A DNA stretch of 63,732 bases, filler included, from Octopus bimaculoides (Eukaryota): the NCBI RefSeq assembly GCF_001194135.2. It is 7 parts of 7 records of this genome, joined end to end, with 100 filler letters (N's around TTAATTAATTAA, not from the genome) between each part and the next. Parts side by side here need not be neighbours in the genome. Positions count along the whole stretch, not along the records: positions 1 to 20,845 come from NC_069003.1; 6 more parts are not named here. The stretch is one strand, 5' to 3'. Shown piece by piece: positions 1 through 13,214 of the stretch (its first letter is position 1; each line of letters begins with the position of its first letter). A model generated the notes under the pieces. The model saw only the letters and a program-made list of their open reading frames with translations, had not been told where the DNA came from and did not search any database. The position numbers and the translations under genes were made by a program.

Positions 1-62
<62 letters not shown>

Positions 63-90
63 GTCTATACATGCACATGCGTCTGAATGA

Positions 91-125
<35 letters not shown>
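1..125. repeat. (CA)n/(TA)n/(TG)n microsatellites
   Basis: Directly visible dinucleotide runs. Confidence 0.95.
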
Positions 126-127
<2 letters not shown>

Positions 128-476
128 CTGCGTCTCTGTATATGTGAGGTTATGTGTGCTCATGTATGTGCACATGTAAAATTTCAACACTTCTTTATAG
201 AAATGAAGTAAAATAAAAATGGTTTTTGTTATTCGCCGCTAAACAATTTGTAAAACCTGTCTTTCGGCCCCGTCGTCGATAAATATTCAAATTAATATAT
301 TGGCGATTTATAGCAGAATTGGTAATCCAGGTCAATGTAATCGAAGCGGAAGCCATTTTAGAAATTTGAATATATTAGCACAAAATAGATAGGGAGATAG
401 ATGAGAGAGGAGGGAGGTAGAGGAGAATAGATGAGAGTGGGAGTAAAGAGAAAGAGAGAGAATTAGAGAGGAGGAA

Positions 477-689
477 GAGAAGAAGAAGAAGAAGAAGAAG
501 AAGAAGAAGAAGAAGAAGAAGAAGAAGAAGAAGAAGAAAGCGTAGGAAGTGAAAAGGAGAGAGTGAAGTACAGCGATGGAGGGAGAGGAGAGAAATGATG
601 TAAGAGATGAAGGAAGAGAAAGAGAAATGGAAGATATACAGACAAGGCAAAAGGAAGGGTAAGAAAGAGGATAGAGAGATAAAGAGAGA

Positions 690-753
<64 letters not shown>
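477..753. repeat. (GAA)n and (GA)n microsatellites in a purine-rich tract
   Basis: Direct; these runs explain the poly-F/L/S/ER ORFs at 332-946. Confidence 0.95.
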
Positions 754-758
<5 letters not shown>

Positions 759-2169
759 TTATAGATTGAGAGATCATGAGATAAAAACATAGAACGGCGA
801 AAGGGGGAGAGGAAGAAACAGAGGGAGGGGGAGTGAAAGATAGCAGTGTAAAGAGAAGAGAGACGAAGGACAGAAAGAGAAAGAGAGAGAGAGAGAGGGG
901 GGGGGAGGGGAGAGAGGAGGAGAAAGAAGAAGAGAGGGAGTAACACCTTCGTTATTCTGCTGAGACATTCGGCTGTGTATGCATGACAGATATGGACATG
1001 CGTGCCTTATGTAGGTATACAGGGGCAAATCAAATATGTATTGAATGACGACGACGTACATACATATATGCAATAAGTAATATATATGTGTGTGTATGTA
1101 AGCTAAATGTTATAGAGATACATAGACAGTTACACCACACACACACACACACACATACACACACACACACACACTGACTCTTTTTTTGGTTTCAGTGAAT
1201 CTGCTGCGGCCATACTATAGCACTACTTTCAAAGGTTCTAGTTAAATTTTAATGATTAGTATTCAAATCATTTGTTGCTAATTATCGTTTGGCGATGTTC
1301 ACCGTGCTGATTTATGCCCCTTTAGAGAGTGATCTCCCCTAAGGACGTAAATACAGAAATTATGTAACACCATTTTACACCAGCGAAAACAAGCAGACAT
1401 ACAAGCGCATGTGTGCGCGCGCGCCTTTGTGTGTGTGTATGTGTGTGTGTGTGCATGCGCACACAAACATCTATATATATATATATATATATNNNNNNNN
1501 NNNNNNNNNNNNNNNNNNNNNNNNNNNNNNNNNNNNNNNNNNNNNNNNNNNNNNNNNNNNNNNNNNNNNNNNNNNNNNNNNNNNNNNNNNNNNNNNNNNN
1601 NNNNNNNNNNNNNNNNNNNNNNNNNNNNNNNNNNNNNNNNNNNNNNNNNNNNNNNNNNNNNNNNNNNNNNNNNNNNNNNNNNNNNNNNNNNNNNNNNNNN
1701 NNNNNNNNNNNNNNNNNNNNNNNNNNNNNNNNNNNNNNNNNNNNNNNNNNNNNNNNNNNNNNNNNNNNNNNNNNNNNNNNNNNNNNNNNNNNNNNNNNNN
1801 NNNNNNNNNNNNNNNNNNNNNNNNNNNNNNNNNNNNNNNNNNNNNNNNNNNNNNNNNNNNNNNNNNNNNNNNNNNNNNNNNNNNNNNNNNNNNNNNNNNN
1901 NNNNNNNNNNNNNNNNNNNNNNNNNNNNNNNNNNNNNNNNNNNNNNNNNNNNNNNNNNNNNNNNNNNNNNNNNNNNNNNNNNNNNNNNNNNNNNNNNNNN
2001 NNNNNNNNNNNNNNNNNNNNNNNNNNNNNNNNNNNNNNNNNNNNNNNNNNNNNNNNNNNNNNNNNNNNNNNNNNNNNNNNNNNNNNNNNNNNNNNNNNNN
2101 NNNNNNNNNNNNNNNNNNNNNNNNNNNNNNNNNNNNNNNNNNNNNNNNNNNNNNNNNNNNNNNNNNNNN

Positions 2170-2555
2170 CTTATTTTCGTATACATACGCTGTTTTCTTC
2201 CAAGGAATCTAATGCTCTTAGCTTATTTTTTCCTTGGGGCTGGCCAGATTGGAGCAATCTCAAGTATAACCAGCCGAAATTGTAAAGATAATCTGGAACT
2301 CGATTGAGGAGAGAAAACTCCGAATCACCTGTCCTTGTTTTCCTTGTATCGTCTGTCTTGGCGATTTTTTCTTCCTCCGTCTTCCCTTCTTTGGAGGTTA
2401 ATATATTTCCGACGAAGAGTTCCGCTCGAAACGTCAAGTTCTCTTTCTTTCCTTTCCTGAGCGTCCAGTAACACAATATTTGTATCACATCCTCGCGTTG
2501 TTGTTTTTTGTTGCTTTTTTGTCGTTTTTCTTGTTTGAACTCACTATATATATAT
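2170..2555 (+). mobile_element. PLE 3' end / pseudo-LTR remnant
   Basis: Contains an HHR-like motif and shares gaagag..gctcgaaa and ttcctgagcgt motifs with the tandem PLE-like ends at 48945-49692. Confidence 0.55.
2405..2439 (+). ncRNA. Minimal type I hammerhead ribozyme motif (variant core CCGACGA)
   Basis: attt-CCGACGA-a-gagt/tcc/gctc-GAAAC-GTC-aagt; ACGT palindromic stem III. Confidence 0.65.
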
Positions 2556-3853
2556 ATGGTACTACTGTTGAACAAGCGTCTAACGCTATAATCCACTGAC
2601 GTACAGATGTCTCTTTATGGTGACCTCACTCCTCATTGCACCTACTGAGGGGTGCTATGGTAATGGAAGAGTCGCAACGTGTGTAAACAAAATATTTCTG
2701 AGCGCACGTTTATACAAATGAAATATACACTGCAGGAGTCATATTTAGCTCCTTGTTGTGGTTGACCGTAAACAAGGACCGACTACGGGGGAGTTTCTTG
2801 TGATTGAATCACTCCATTTTGGGGAGACCATTGCACTCCCAAATCATTAACGACAAAGATCCTACCTGTCTTCCTAAAAGCAAAACCACGTCCCAATCTA
2901 TCAGACTACCAACCTACCTTTCGCGCCTTAAACAGCCACACTATTTACAACATTATAACATGGAACTACTTAGTATAAAACATCTGTACAGAACGACTGT
3001 CACGATCTATTAATAGAGCCACACATGATGTCTTTCATGGAAGTCATGGTCATTTTCTGTTTCTATCTATCTATCTATCTATCAAAGGAATAACACAGCT
3101 ACCACCAATTTCACGACGCCGACCACGACGAACACCACCACCACCATCACCCCACCACCACCACCGCCGCCGCTGCCACCNNNNNNNNNNNNNNNNNNNN
3201 NNNNNNNNNNNNNNNNNNNNNNNNNNNNNNNNNNNNNNNNNNNNNNNNNNNNNNNNNNNNNNNNNNNNNNNNNNNNNNNNNNNNNNNNNNNNNNNNNNNN
3301 NNNNNNNNNNNNNNNNNNNNNNNNNNNNNNNNNNNNNNNNNNNNNNNNNNNNNNNNNNNNNNNNNNNNNNNNNNNNNNNNNNNNNNNNNNNNNNNNNNNN
3401 NNNNNNNNNNNNNNNNNNNNNNNNNNNNNNNNNNNNNNNNNNNNNNNNNNNNNNNNNNNNNNNNNNNNNNNNNNNNNNNNNNNNNNNNNNNNNNNNNNNN
3501 NNNNNNNNNNNNNNNNNNNNNNNNNNNNNNNNNNNNNNNNNNNNNNNNNNNNNNNNNNNNNNNNNNNNNNNNNNNNNNNNNNNNNNNNNNNNNNNNNNNN
3601 NNNNNNNNNNNNNNNNNNNNNNNNNNNNNNNNNNNNNNNNNNNNNNNNNNNNNNNNNNNNNNNNNNNNNNNNNNNNNNNNNNNNNNNNNNNNNNNNNNNN
3701 NNNNNNNNNNNNNNNNNNNNNNNNNNNNNNNNNNNNNNNNNNNNNNNNNNNNNNNNNNNNNNNNNNNNNNNNNNNNNNNNNNNNNNNNNNNNNNNNNNNN
3801 NNNNNNNNNNNNATATATATATATAAATATACATACATGCATACATACATACG

Positions 3854-3893
<40 letters not shown>

Positions 3894-4341
3894 TACATAT
3901 ACACACATATACACGTATGTGGGTGTATGTGTATATATACACACATATACACATCTGTGGGTGTATGTGTATATATATATATATGTGTGTGTATATGTAT
4001 GTGTGTATGTATGTTTGTATGTGTGTATGTGTGTATATATATGTGTGTGTGTGTGTGTGTGTCTACGTGTGTATGTATGTATCTCTGGAACAGAGGCGCT
4101 GAGTATCAGAGTTTGGTCTTAATTATTTTTAATTATTCATTAGTCAAAAGAGTAGCTGTAGCAGCAACAGTAACAGCAGCAGCTGCAGCAGCTGCAGAAG
4201 CAGCAGCGACTGCAGAGACAGCAGCAGTGCACGAAGGAGAGATGGCACCGGCAGCAACAATAGAAAGAATAAACATGCTACAAATATTTGGAGCAAAACT
4301 GATAACGGCCAAAAATCAAAAAACAAGAAAATATATATTAT

Positions 4342-4725
4342 GTTGTGTGGTAAGGAGCTTGCATCCTAACCACATGGTTCCGGGTTCAGTTCCACTACAT
4401 GAGGCCTTTCTTAAGTATCTCCTATTATAGCCTCGGTCCGACCAAAGCCTTGTGAGTGGATTTGATAGTGGGAAATTAAAAGAAGCCCGACTATATATAT
4501 ATCCGTGTATGTGTTTTTGTGTCTGTTTGTCCCTACCCACCGCTTGACAACAGGTGTTGGTGTGTTTACGTCCCCGTAAGTTAGCGGTTCGGCAAAAGAG
4601 ATTGACAGAATCGGTATCAGTCTCAAAAAATGTGCTGGAGTCGATTCATTCGACTAACAACCCCTCAAGGCGGTGCTTCCGCATTGCTTCAGTCAAATGG
4701 CTGAAACAATTAAAAAATTAAAGAT
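4342..4725 (+). mobile_element. tRNA-type SINE, family A
   Basis: A/B-box-like head (tgtggtaag..ggttcagttcc), body aagccttgtgagtggattt, internal (TA/TG)n, tail ..gtcaaatggctgaaacaa; many copies in window. Confidence 0.85.
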
Positions 4726-5139
4726 TAAAGATATATAAATAAATGAAACAGGAAAAGCGACAAAACAAGAGAACAAACAACCGCAATAATAATGGTTTCT
4801 ATTTTTGCACTAGGCCTGCAGTATTTGAGAGGCGGCGCAAGGCGACTACATCGACCCCAGGGTTTAATTAGTACTTATGTTATCGACCCCGAAACGTGAG
4901 TGTTGTTTATTTATTTATTGTTGTTTGATTTTGAGATTATAAACCCTGACTTTAAATGCCTTTCCTTCTAAGCTAACTCCTCACCTTACTTCTCTTCTGT
5001 TTTAGCTGTTACAAAGAAATGTCGCGAAGCATTTTGTCGGACGCGTTAACAATATTATGCATATATATATCTATGCACTCTACTCAGCATATTGAGTTCT
5101 ATACCATGTAAAATATATTATTGATATATCTTACCACAG

Positions 5140-5638
5140 TTACAGGTCAGCTCTCACGTATAAGTGATATCAGAATTCCGAAACAACTTCTCTTTGGCCA
5201 ATTCCGAGTAGGAAGGTCAGTTGGAAGTCCACTCTTACGCTTCAAGGACAAACTAAAAGACGATCTGGAAAAACGAAGCATCAGAATACAGGAACTGGCA
5301 CTAGTCCTGCTTGTTCTCAGTTCAAAGATTTGAGCAAAGTCGACTTCAAAATCTGGACCAGCTTCGTGCAAGCATGAAGGCACGCTGGCAAAACGCGGTT
5401 CCTCTAAATGGAAACTTTACCTGTCATTGTGGTTTTGTGGCACGAAGTAAAGCAGGCCTTGCCGTCCACTCAACAAAACACAATAAATAATCTACAAGCC
5501 TTCGAGCAAACTGAGTCCTCAATTTGTTCCGTTTACCAAAAGGTTTGTAAGGCACCGGCAAGCTTCAAGACACGCATTCGTGTCCATAGAACATGGTTAA
5601 CGCTTTATTTCACTTGTGGTTGACAACGAGAGAATCCA

Positions 5639-5640
<2 letters not shown>
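5140..5640 (+). mobile_element. RTE-clade LINE 3' fragment with (CA)n tail
   Basis: RISDIRIPKQLLFGQ..GSPLLRFKDKLKDDL (typical RTE C-terminus) and degenerate C2H2-like CSVYQKVCKAPASFKTRIRVH; followed by (CA)n 5641-5710. Confidence 0.8.
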
Positions 5641-5716
<76 letters not shown>

Positions 5717-5752
5717 ATCGAAGTGTACACTGTTATATATCCATAACAGCTG

Positions 5753-5792
5753 ATCTTACCAATTGGTTTCGCACTAGGTGTTCAACGGAGTG
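5753..5792 (-). ncRNA. Degenerate hammerhead motif (CCGUUGA core) at PLE 3' end
   Basis: Minus strand: cact-CCGTTGA-a-cac/cta/gtg-c-GAAAC-caattg-GTA-agat; palindromic stem III ACCAATTGGT; stem I weak. Confidence 0.5.
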
Positions 5793-6184
5793 TTAGGTAG
5801 AGTCCATTTATGTAACCCTGCGCTTTTCAGAGGTAGCCATTATGGAATGAAATATGGCAACTGCTCTCTATTTTGATAGGTGGATAGACACATCCGGTTT
5901 GTGGTTACAGTGAAAAGCATGATGAAACAAATTAAGCAGATTAAGTTAAGAGTTATGTCCCTTAGTGTCAAAAAGTGTTGTCTCCGGGAGTGATTTTTTT
6001 ACAAGTCGGCGAAAGTTACCTGGAAAAGGGTTAATGGGAGATGGGTATGTCTTTAAAGTTAGTGTTCTTGTGGAAATGGAATGCGTGTAGTGGTACTATA
6101 TGTATAGGCTTTGAGGGTGTGGATGGAGGGTGCATACGCATCTGTGTTCGGTAGTATGTTTTCTTCCTTTTATATTTTACGCTT

Positions 6185-6592
6185 TCACTCTTTTACTTGT
6201 TTCAGTCTTTTAATTGTGGCCATGCTGGAACACCGCCTTTTAGTCGGGCAAATCGACCCCAGGACTTATTCTTTGCAAGCCCAGTACTTATTCTATCGGT
6301 TGCTTTTGCCGAACCGCTAAGTTACGGGGACATAAACACACCACCATCGGATGTCAAGCGATGTTGGGTGGGGGGACAAACACAGACACACAAACATATA
6401 CACACACATACATAAATATATATATACATATATACGACAGGCTTCTTTCAGTTTCCGTCTACCAAATCCACTCACAAGGCTTTGGTCGGCCCGAGGCTAT
6501 AGTAGAAGACACTTGCCCAAGGTGCCACGCAGTGGGAATGAACTCGGAATCATGTGGTTGGTAAGCAAGCTACTTACCACACAGCCACTCCT
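6185..6592 (-). mobile_element. SINE family A, full length
   Basis: Reverse complement of the copy at 16428-16868. Confidence 0.9.
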
Positions 6593-7887
6593 GGTTAAAT
6601 TCTTGGAGCATTTATGTATACATGCGGCGTGTGTAGGGGTACAATATGTGTGCGGGTTTATATTGTGGGTGGTGGTGGAAAAAAGTGTATGGGATGAGTG
6701 TCCGCCTTGTTGGGGCGTGTTTGTTTGTTGATGCGTTAGTGTATGTTCTGGTCAAACTCTTTGCCGGACCCCAGGTATTGGTGGCGGGGGGGGGCGAAGT
6801 TGGGGGACTGGTGATTGTAGTCATGTCGTGGAACGCATGTATGATAGGATCTACTTCCTATCATATGGGCAAGGATTAAAAATTTCACTTCTGTTTTTCA
6901 GGTAAATGCCTGGATGCTGGGAACTCTTTAAAATCGCTATTTTCTTAGCCAGGCGTAATCTACACTTCCTGCTGTTATTGAAGTAAGCTTTATATTTCTC
7001 TAGAATCTTCCACTTTATGCTGTACTCGGTGGTGCTTTCTTTCAACGACGATACGGACTTGGCCAGAGTTACGTCTCTCAAGGTTACTTGGCATTAAGTC
7101 TCCGGGATGTTTAAGGAGGACTTCTGGTTGTTATAGCGGGTTCTGAAGGGGCCTTCAGTTGCCATCACATACTTTCACACATTTAGTTGTCCACTTGGTC
7201 CTATTGCTGTTACCTCTGTCCCGTATACGACGGTCTTCGTATTACAATGGCTATTCAGTGGACATGTGTAACTCCTACATGAGCATCCTGCCTCTATCTC
7301 AAGTGTGAGCCTACCTACTAAAACATTCTTTTACATTAGGTTCACGGCTAAAGGAAATTCTCAGGGAGTGCCTATTGAATATTTTGATGATCCTATTTCT
7401 ACGGAGGAAGTGCTTGTATACTAAGCGAAGGAAAATCTTACCTGCTTGGATTTTAACATTTAAAGACATGGGCGGTGGGAATAACAACACTTTCCGATGG
7501 CGCTTTCTTTTGGAGAGGTTAGGGTCTGGCATGTAACTAATTCTGTCCTTGAAACCGCTGGTGGCCAGAGCCTCATTGTGGTACGGGGAAGCATCAGCAG
7601 CAATCTCTTTGCTTGAAGATAGGCTGGATATTCTTTCGCTGATGACCTTTACCAAGTTCTTGAAAATTATGGCTGGATGATAGGTACCTGTGTTAATATA
7701 TGATAGGTTCTCATTTGGCTTCCTGAAGGGTCTATAGGTATTGGACTTCAAGTCGAGAGTCAGATCATAGAAATCCATCGTTTTCAGGTTGGTTTCTATC
7801 GTGATCTTCAGTTCAAGGGAATTCACGGTACTAGTGGGGTCTTTTCTAAGCTTATCTAGCATGTGGCCATTTGCCCTTCTTTATATT

Positions 7888-8333
7888 CTTTTCTACTCAA
7901 CGCACAAAGTTCGAAATTTGTGGGGAGGGGGGCAGTCAATCAGATCGACCCCAGTACGCAACTGGTACTTAATCTATTGACTCCGAAAGGATGAAAGGCA
8001 AAGTAGACCTTGGCAGAATTTGAACTCAGAGCGCAAAAACAAACTAAATACCGCTAAGCATTTCGCCCAGCGTGCTAATGTTTCTGCCAACTCGCCGCCT
8101 AAATATTTCTTTCTTTATTGCCCACAATGGCAAACAAGGGGACAAACAAGGATAGACAAAGGGATTAAGTCGATTACATCGACCTCACTGCGTAACTGGT
8201 ACTTATTTAATTGACCCCGAAAGGATGAAAGTCAAAGTCGACCTCGGCGGAATTCGAGCTCAGAACGTAGCGGCAGACGAAATACCGCTAAGCATTTCGC
8301 CCGGCGTGCTAGCGTTTCTGCCAGTTCGTCGCC
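7888..8333 (-). mobile_element. Two tandem SINE family B copies inserted in the PLE RT
   Basis: Head ggcg(g/a)cga(g/a)(t/c)tggcagaaac, B-box-like ctgagttcaaatt, body gtcgactttgactttcatcctttcggggtc; probable degenerate TSD tttgcc(ct/ac)tct(t/g)atatt at 7870-7887 and 8335-8352. Confidence 0.85.
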
Positions 8334-10738
8334 TTTTGCCACTCTTGATATTGCCAGCACGTCATGCCTGTAGAGGCCAAAGCTAGTAGAAGGGAACTCC
8401 TTTCAAGTGAATCTAGGACGGTGCTGTTGAAAATGCTCATTGATATGTCGAAGGAGCCGTCTGGGCTGGTTCGTTCGGCCCAAGCCGACCCCTACTGAAG
8501 AGTAAGGTTCTTCTAGCATGCATGATAATGCGTATGTCCTCGTCACTAACTTCAGTGTAGGCCTTAGCGAAGTCCAGTTCCTTAAAAAGCAGCTGCTTCG
8601 ATATAGATAGGTAAAAGTCCACCATATCGAATTGGGTAAACCTATCTCTATCTCTTCCGCTATTGGTGTTAAACCATGTTATGATCTCGTTGGTGTTACG
8701 CTGCGGGGCGATGCCAGAAGTATTCCCACAACCGTTACTGATCTTGCTAGTGAGCTGTTTGATCAACTGTCCGATTTCAAATTTCGCAGGGTTTATCAGC
8801 CTGTACTTGCGGTAAGAGGTAGTTTGGTGCATGGCCGTTGATCGCAATAAAGACTACTTTCTTCGTAAGTGTCTCTACCCTATCCTCTATGCCTAATTTA
8901 ACTGCTATATCCTTGGCCTCATAGTTAACGCTATCATAAGCTTGAGGGGCTACTCTCCTTTACGTTTGTGTAATAGTGTTGTTAAGTCTCTGTGCATATG
9001 TCTCGCTACTTAGTCTATATAGACTTTTAGAATAGAAGAATAGAAGGGTCCTATCAGGAGATCAAAGTCTGCAGAAGATGTAAGTCTACGAGTGTCTTCT
9101 CTAAGTTTACGTTGGAAAGTGATAGAGGACTTGCGAAATTTCAGGCGGGTTATAATGTCTAAAAAGTCATTCTCAAAGGCCTGCAGTTCCTTGATCATAG
9201 TTGGAAGCGTTCTGCATTTCAGCCCAAAGTGCTCAGTCTCCTTAGATGGTTTGTCTGGTTGAAGTAAAAGGTCTTCCTCCTAATTCGCCTGACTAGGTCG
9301 ATCATCTTCTCCAGCAACAGCTTTGTATAGAACATACATACATATACATACATACGTATACATATATTCCCTTGTCAGGAAAAAAGAACATGCCCCTTAA
9401 GTATGAGAACAAAATCGAACGTTAAAACCATATAATGCAAAGCGAATTCTGCTAACCGCACGACCAACATATAAAGAAAGGATTAAATGATCACAAAATT
9501 CACTATATATATATTTCAATATATATATATATATAGTTTGTGAGTGTGTACGTATATGCGTGTGTGAATGTATATATATATACATACATATATACATACA
9601 TATATATATATATACACACACATATATATATACACACACACATTCAAAAACATACAAACACACACATAGATGTACATGTATATATATATTTATACATATA
9701 TGTATATACATACATACGTACGTATGTAAATGTATACATACATACATACATACATACACACAAGAATGCACGTACACGCAGTCACACATCTACATACACA
9801 CATATTGTGAAGGATTTCAACATAAGCGACGAACACCTCCGCCATCACCACCGCCACCACCGGCACCGTCACCGCCACCGCCACCACATAAATGACACTA
9901 TTCGGTTCTCTCATCGCTCACCAGGCAGTCTTTCTATAAACACGGAAGCAATTAGAGACGAGTAATGCCCGGATGAACATGTTGGCAGAGGAGACCGTAG
10001 TAACTATGGCTGAGAAATGATGTGTTCACTGTTGTGTGACATGTTATTTTGTAGTATTATGCACGTTCCATCCTCTCAGGACACCTCTTTTGTGTCTTTC
10101 TGTATTATAGTAATATTGTTTTATGACTGGTTTCCACACACACACACACACACACACACANNNNNNNNNNNNNNNNNNNNNNNNNNNNNNNNNNNNNNNN
10201 NNNNNNNNNNNNNNNNNNNNNNNNNNNNNNNNNNNNNNNNNNNNNNNNNNNNNNNNNNNNNNNNNNNNNNNNNNNNNNNNNNNNNNNNNNNNNNNNNNNN
10301 NNNNNNNNNNNNNNNNNNNNNNNNNNNNNNNNNNNNNNNNNNNNNNNNNNNNNNNNNNNNNNNNNNNNNNNNNNNNNNNNNNNNNNNNNNNNNNNNNNNN
10401 NNNNNNNNNNNNNNNNNNNNNNNNNNNNNNNNNNNNNNNNNNNNNNNNNNNNNNNNNNNNNNNNNNNNNNNNNNNNNNNNNNNNNNNNNNNNNNNNNNNN
10501 NNNNNNNNNNNNNNNNNNNNNNNNNNNNNNNNNNNNNNNNNNNNNNNNNNNNNNNNNNNNNNNNNNNNNNNNNNNNNNNNNNNNNNNNNNNNNNNNNNNN
10601 NNNNNNNNNNNNNNNNNNNNNNNNNNNNNNNNNNNNNNNNNNNNNNNNNNNNNNNNNNNNNNNNNNNNNNNNNNNNNNNNNNNNNNNNNNNNNNNNNNNN
10701 NNNNNNNNNNNNNNNNTATATATGTATATATATATATT

Positions 10739-10770
<32 letters not shown>

Positions 10771-10924
10771 CACACACAAAATATATAAGTAGTTTTTGTC
10801 AACTATTGTAAAGTAACGTACTATGAGTGTTCTGTTAGGTTTACCACTAAAACTCCTGCTTGAACCATAACTGAAAGTGTGGTGCTGAGACTGCCTATCA
10901 GGTAGATATAGATTTAAACTAAGT

Positions 10925-13108
10925 ATGAAAAAGCAAAACGTTTGGCATTACCTGAAAAGGACATTTAATTTAGTTAGAGAATACAAATATACAGAGTCTT
11001 TTACAGCTGTTTATAAAATAGCCAAGCATGTGGATCATCATATTGAGGAAGATTCCATAAGCTGATTATCAGAGAGAGAGAGAACTCAGAGAGAATTGAA
11101 AATGAGGGTATATCCGTAGTCGCAGATATTAATATATTCCAGTTTGTCAAAAATGGGGAAAGGATCAGAGTAAAATAGATATGCGTGAGGTAGTTCCGGG
11201 ATCGAATAAATAATATAGTTTTAGGTAAGGACCATTAGCAATTTCAAATGAGAGTGTTCTATGGTAATCCATGGGAAAGAAATGTCGAGGTTATGTTATA
11301 TATAACATAGCATGGTCCATCGCTGACTCGGGTCCTCCATACCAAAGCCGGCATGCCCCCTGTTGGCTGTGTTTGAGGGAATCTTTACAAACCCTGTCAC
11401 ATCAGTAAGTTATTAAACAAGCAACACGAAGCCTTCTCTATGAGTGTCCACAATTTTTTTCAGTCATTCAAGTTTTACCACAGGTCTATGTGTAGTAAAG
11501 GAATTACTTCTGATTCTCACTAACATGTAGACATGTAGACATATCAGCTAACATGTAGACATATCACTAACATGTAGACATATCAGCTCACTTTATTTAA
11601 TTACTATGTTCACAGTATAGTCATATCTTTTTATCCTTTCTTTGTAGATACTCATTTTCTCCTATATTTCATAATTAACATATTCCATCTAGATTATAAC
11701 TAATGAAATATCCTATCAGTTACAACACCCTCGTAATTAATAGAACATCACCAGCTCTTTCCTCCCATTGTTTAGAGTTATACACTAATTAATAAAATAC
11801 ATATAAATTAATCTAAGTTTCCAGTTCTCTTCACTAATCTATTTACTATGATATCTAATCTCTATTATCCATTAGCAGATTATTTCCTTCATCCTGGGGT
11901 TCTATAATATCACTATACTTAAGCTTAATAAATAAATAAGTAGATAAATGTCCTTTATTTATTTACTTTTTATCTTTATTTTTGATTTATCATTTTAAAA
12001 TCTTTATTTTTATTCTTCTGTTCCCAATGAGCACCGCCTTCATTAACACAACTAATTTTTAAATTTAATATTATGGGCATCTATTTCTAGCACCATCATA
12101 ACCAGGTGAGGCCGAAAATCGCCTCACGTTTAGAAGTATCAGGCCCCTTTTAGCTTTTAATCTCTATTACCTTTTACAATTTTTACCATCAAGACCCTCC
12201 CTTATTACCCTCCCAACCCCCTTCCTTCGCACTTTTGCCAGCTCAGTCTAGCATTTGTGGTCATTAAGAGTGTAAAAGTTTAAAACATCGTCCTTTATAG
12301 GACCGCCACATTATTTACTATTCGGTACTGAGATTCAAAACAAGTTGTTTTTCTCTATACGAGATCAGCGGCTGTGTGCCGCTTATAGAATATATAGTGT
12401 TTGCGAGTGGAGAAAGCTTTCGTCAATAACCAGTGATTGTCTCAGACTGAGAACGGGTAACTACTCAGAAACCATGGTCTGTGAGTATCACGTAAGGCTG
12501 GAGATAGGAGCGATTACCTTCCTTGCAAACACTATACGGACACAGACTGTGTCGATAGCCAGCAGGAAAAGATATTTCCCTGGGGTATAAACAAAAGTAA
12601 CATTGTCCTTTATAGGAGCAACACATTCTGTTAGCAAATAAACTCTGTTAGTTTATAACATCTTCATCCCTTTTAATATCCGTCTATATACATACACCCC
12701 CTAACTTTTCTCGATATTCACCCCCCACTATACTGGATAGTATATGTCTACTCTACTACATCTACCTGTCTGTCTTTCCTCCACATTCTAGTTAAACCTG
12801 TTAAACCATCATTCATTCTCTATTCAAAATAGGAACTGGTAACTTCCACATTTTCCCGCAATGGATTATCATCGAACATTTTTATTTCAGACTACTAATG
12901 GAACTTACCTATAACTATATTATCTATTTGATCTTGGAACTACCTCACGCATACCTACTTTATTTTGAAATTCTCCTATTTTTGACAAAATGGAATATAC
13001 TAACATGCTTAGCTATTCTATAAACAGCTGTAAGAGACTCAGTATGCTTATATTTTCTATTTGAATTAAATGAACTTTTCAATTGATACCAAACGTTTTG
13101 CTTTTCCA
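10925..13108. repeat. Long diverged inverted repeat pair (10925-11295 vs 12830-13108), PLE-end-like
   Basis: aaaagcaaaacgtttgg, ttacagctgtttata and atgcgtgaggtagttcc are reverse-complemented in the second arm; both carry the aaacagctgta HHR half. Confidence 0.75.
12441..12640 (+). mobile_element. HHR-led short interspersed repeat (core CTGAGAA, G8A)
   Basis: ctcaga-CTGAGAA-c-gggt/aact/actc-a-GAAAC-catg-GTC-tgtgag at 12441-12485; body homologous to 17638-17830 and 35679-35885. Confidence 0.7.
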
Positions 13109-13166
13109 TTTTACTTTAATCTCTCTCTCTCTCTATATATATATATACATATACATACCTACATAC

Positions 13167-13209
<43 letters not shown>

Positions 13210-13214
<5 letters not shown>

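Larger units (their letters stand above)
5745..9330 (-). mobile_element. Degenerate near full-length Penelope-like retroelement (RT + C-terminal GIY-YIG), interrupted by three SINEs
   Basis: RT motifs RLINPAKFEIG, QFDMVDFYLSIS, GLYRHD (YRDD decayed), KITIETNLKTMDFYDLTLDL; Cys linker CSCRSYTCPLNSHC; EN-like EGPFRTRYNNQK and EYSIKWKIL..CRL; frameshifts and stops. Confidence 0.85.

Noticed and set aside
332-1073. Long ORFs rich in L/S/F/ER
   Set aside because: Translations of (GA)n/(GAA)n microsatellites.
1299-3954. ORFs of 260-300 aa containing X runs (also 10 kb, 23-24 kb, 41.6 kb, 45 kb, 52 kb, 59 kb)
   Set aside because: Open only because N gaps contain no stops.
4150-4260. Ala-rich stretch in ORF 3837-4430
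   Set aside because: Degenerate (GCA)n repeat between microsatellite and SINE; no splice or homology support.
11516-11590. Short tandem duplications (ctaacatgtagacatatca x3; also tgagtgagatctttgta at ~47712-47757)
   Set aside because: Local slippage with no further structure.
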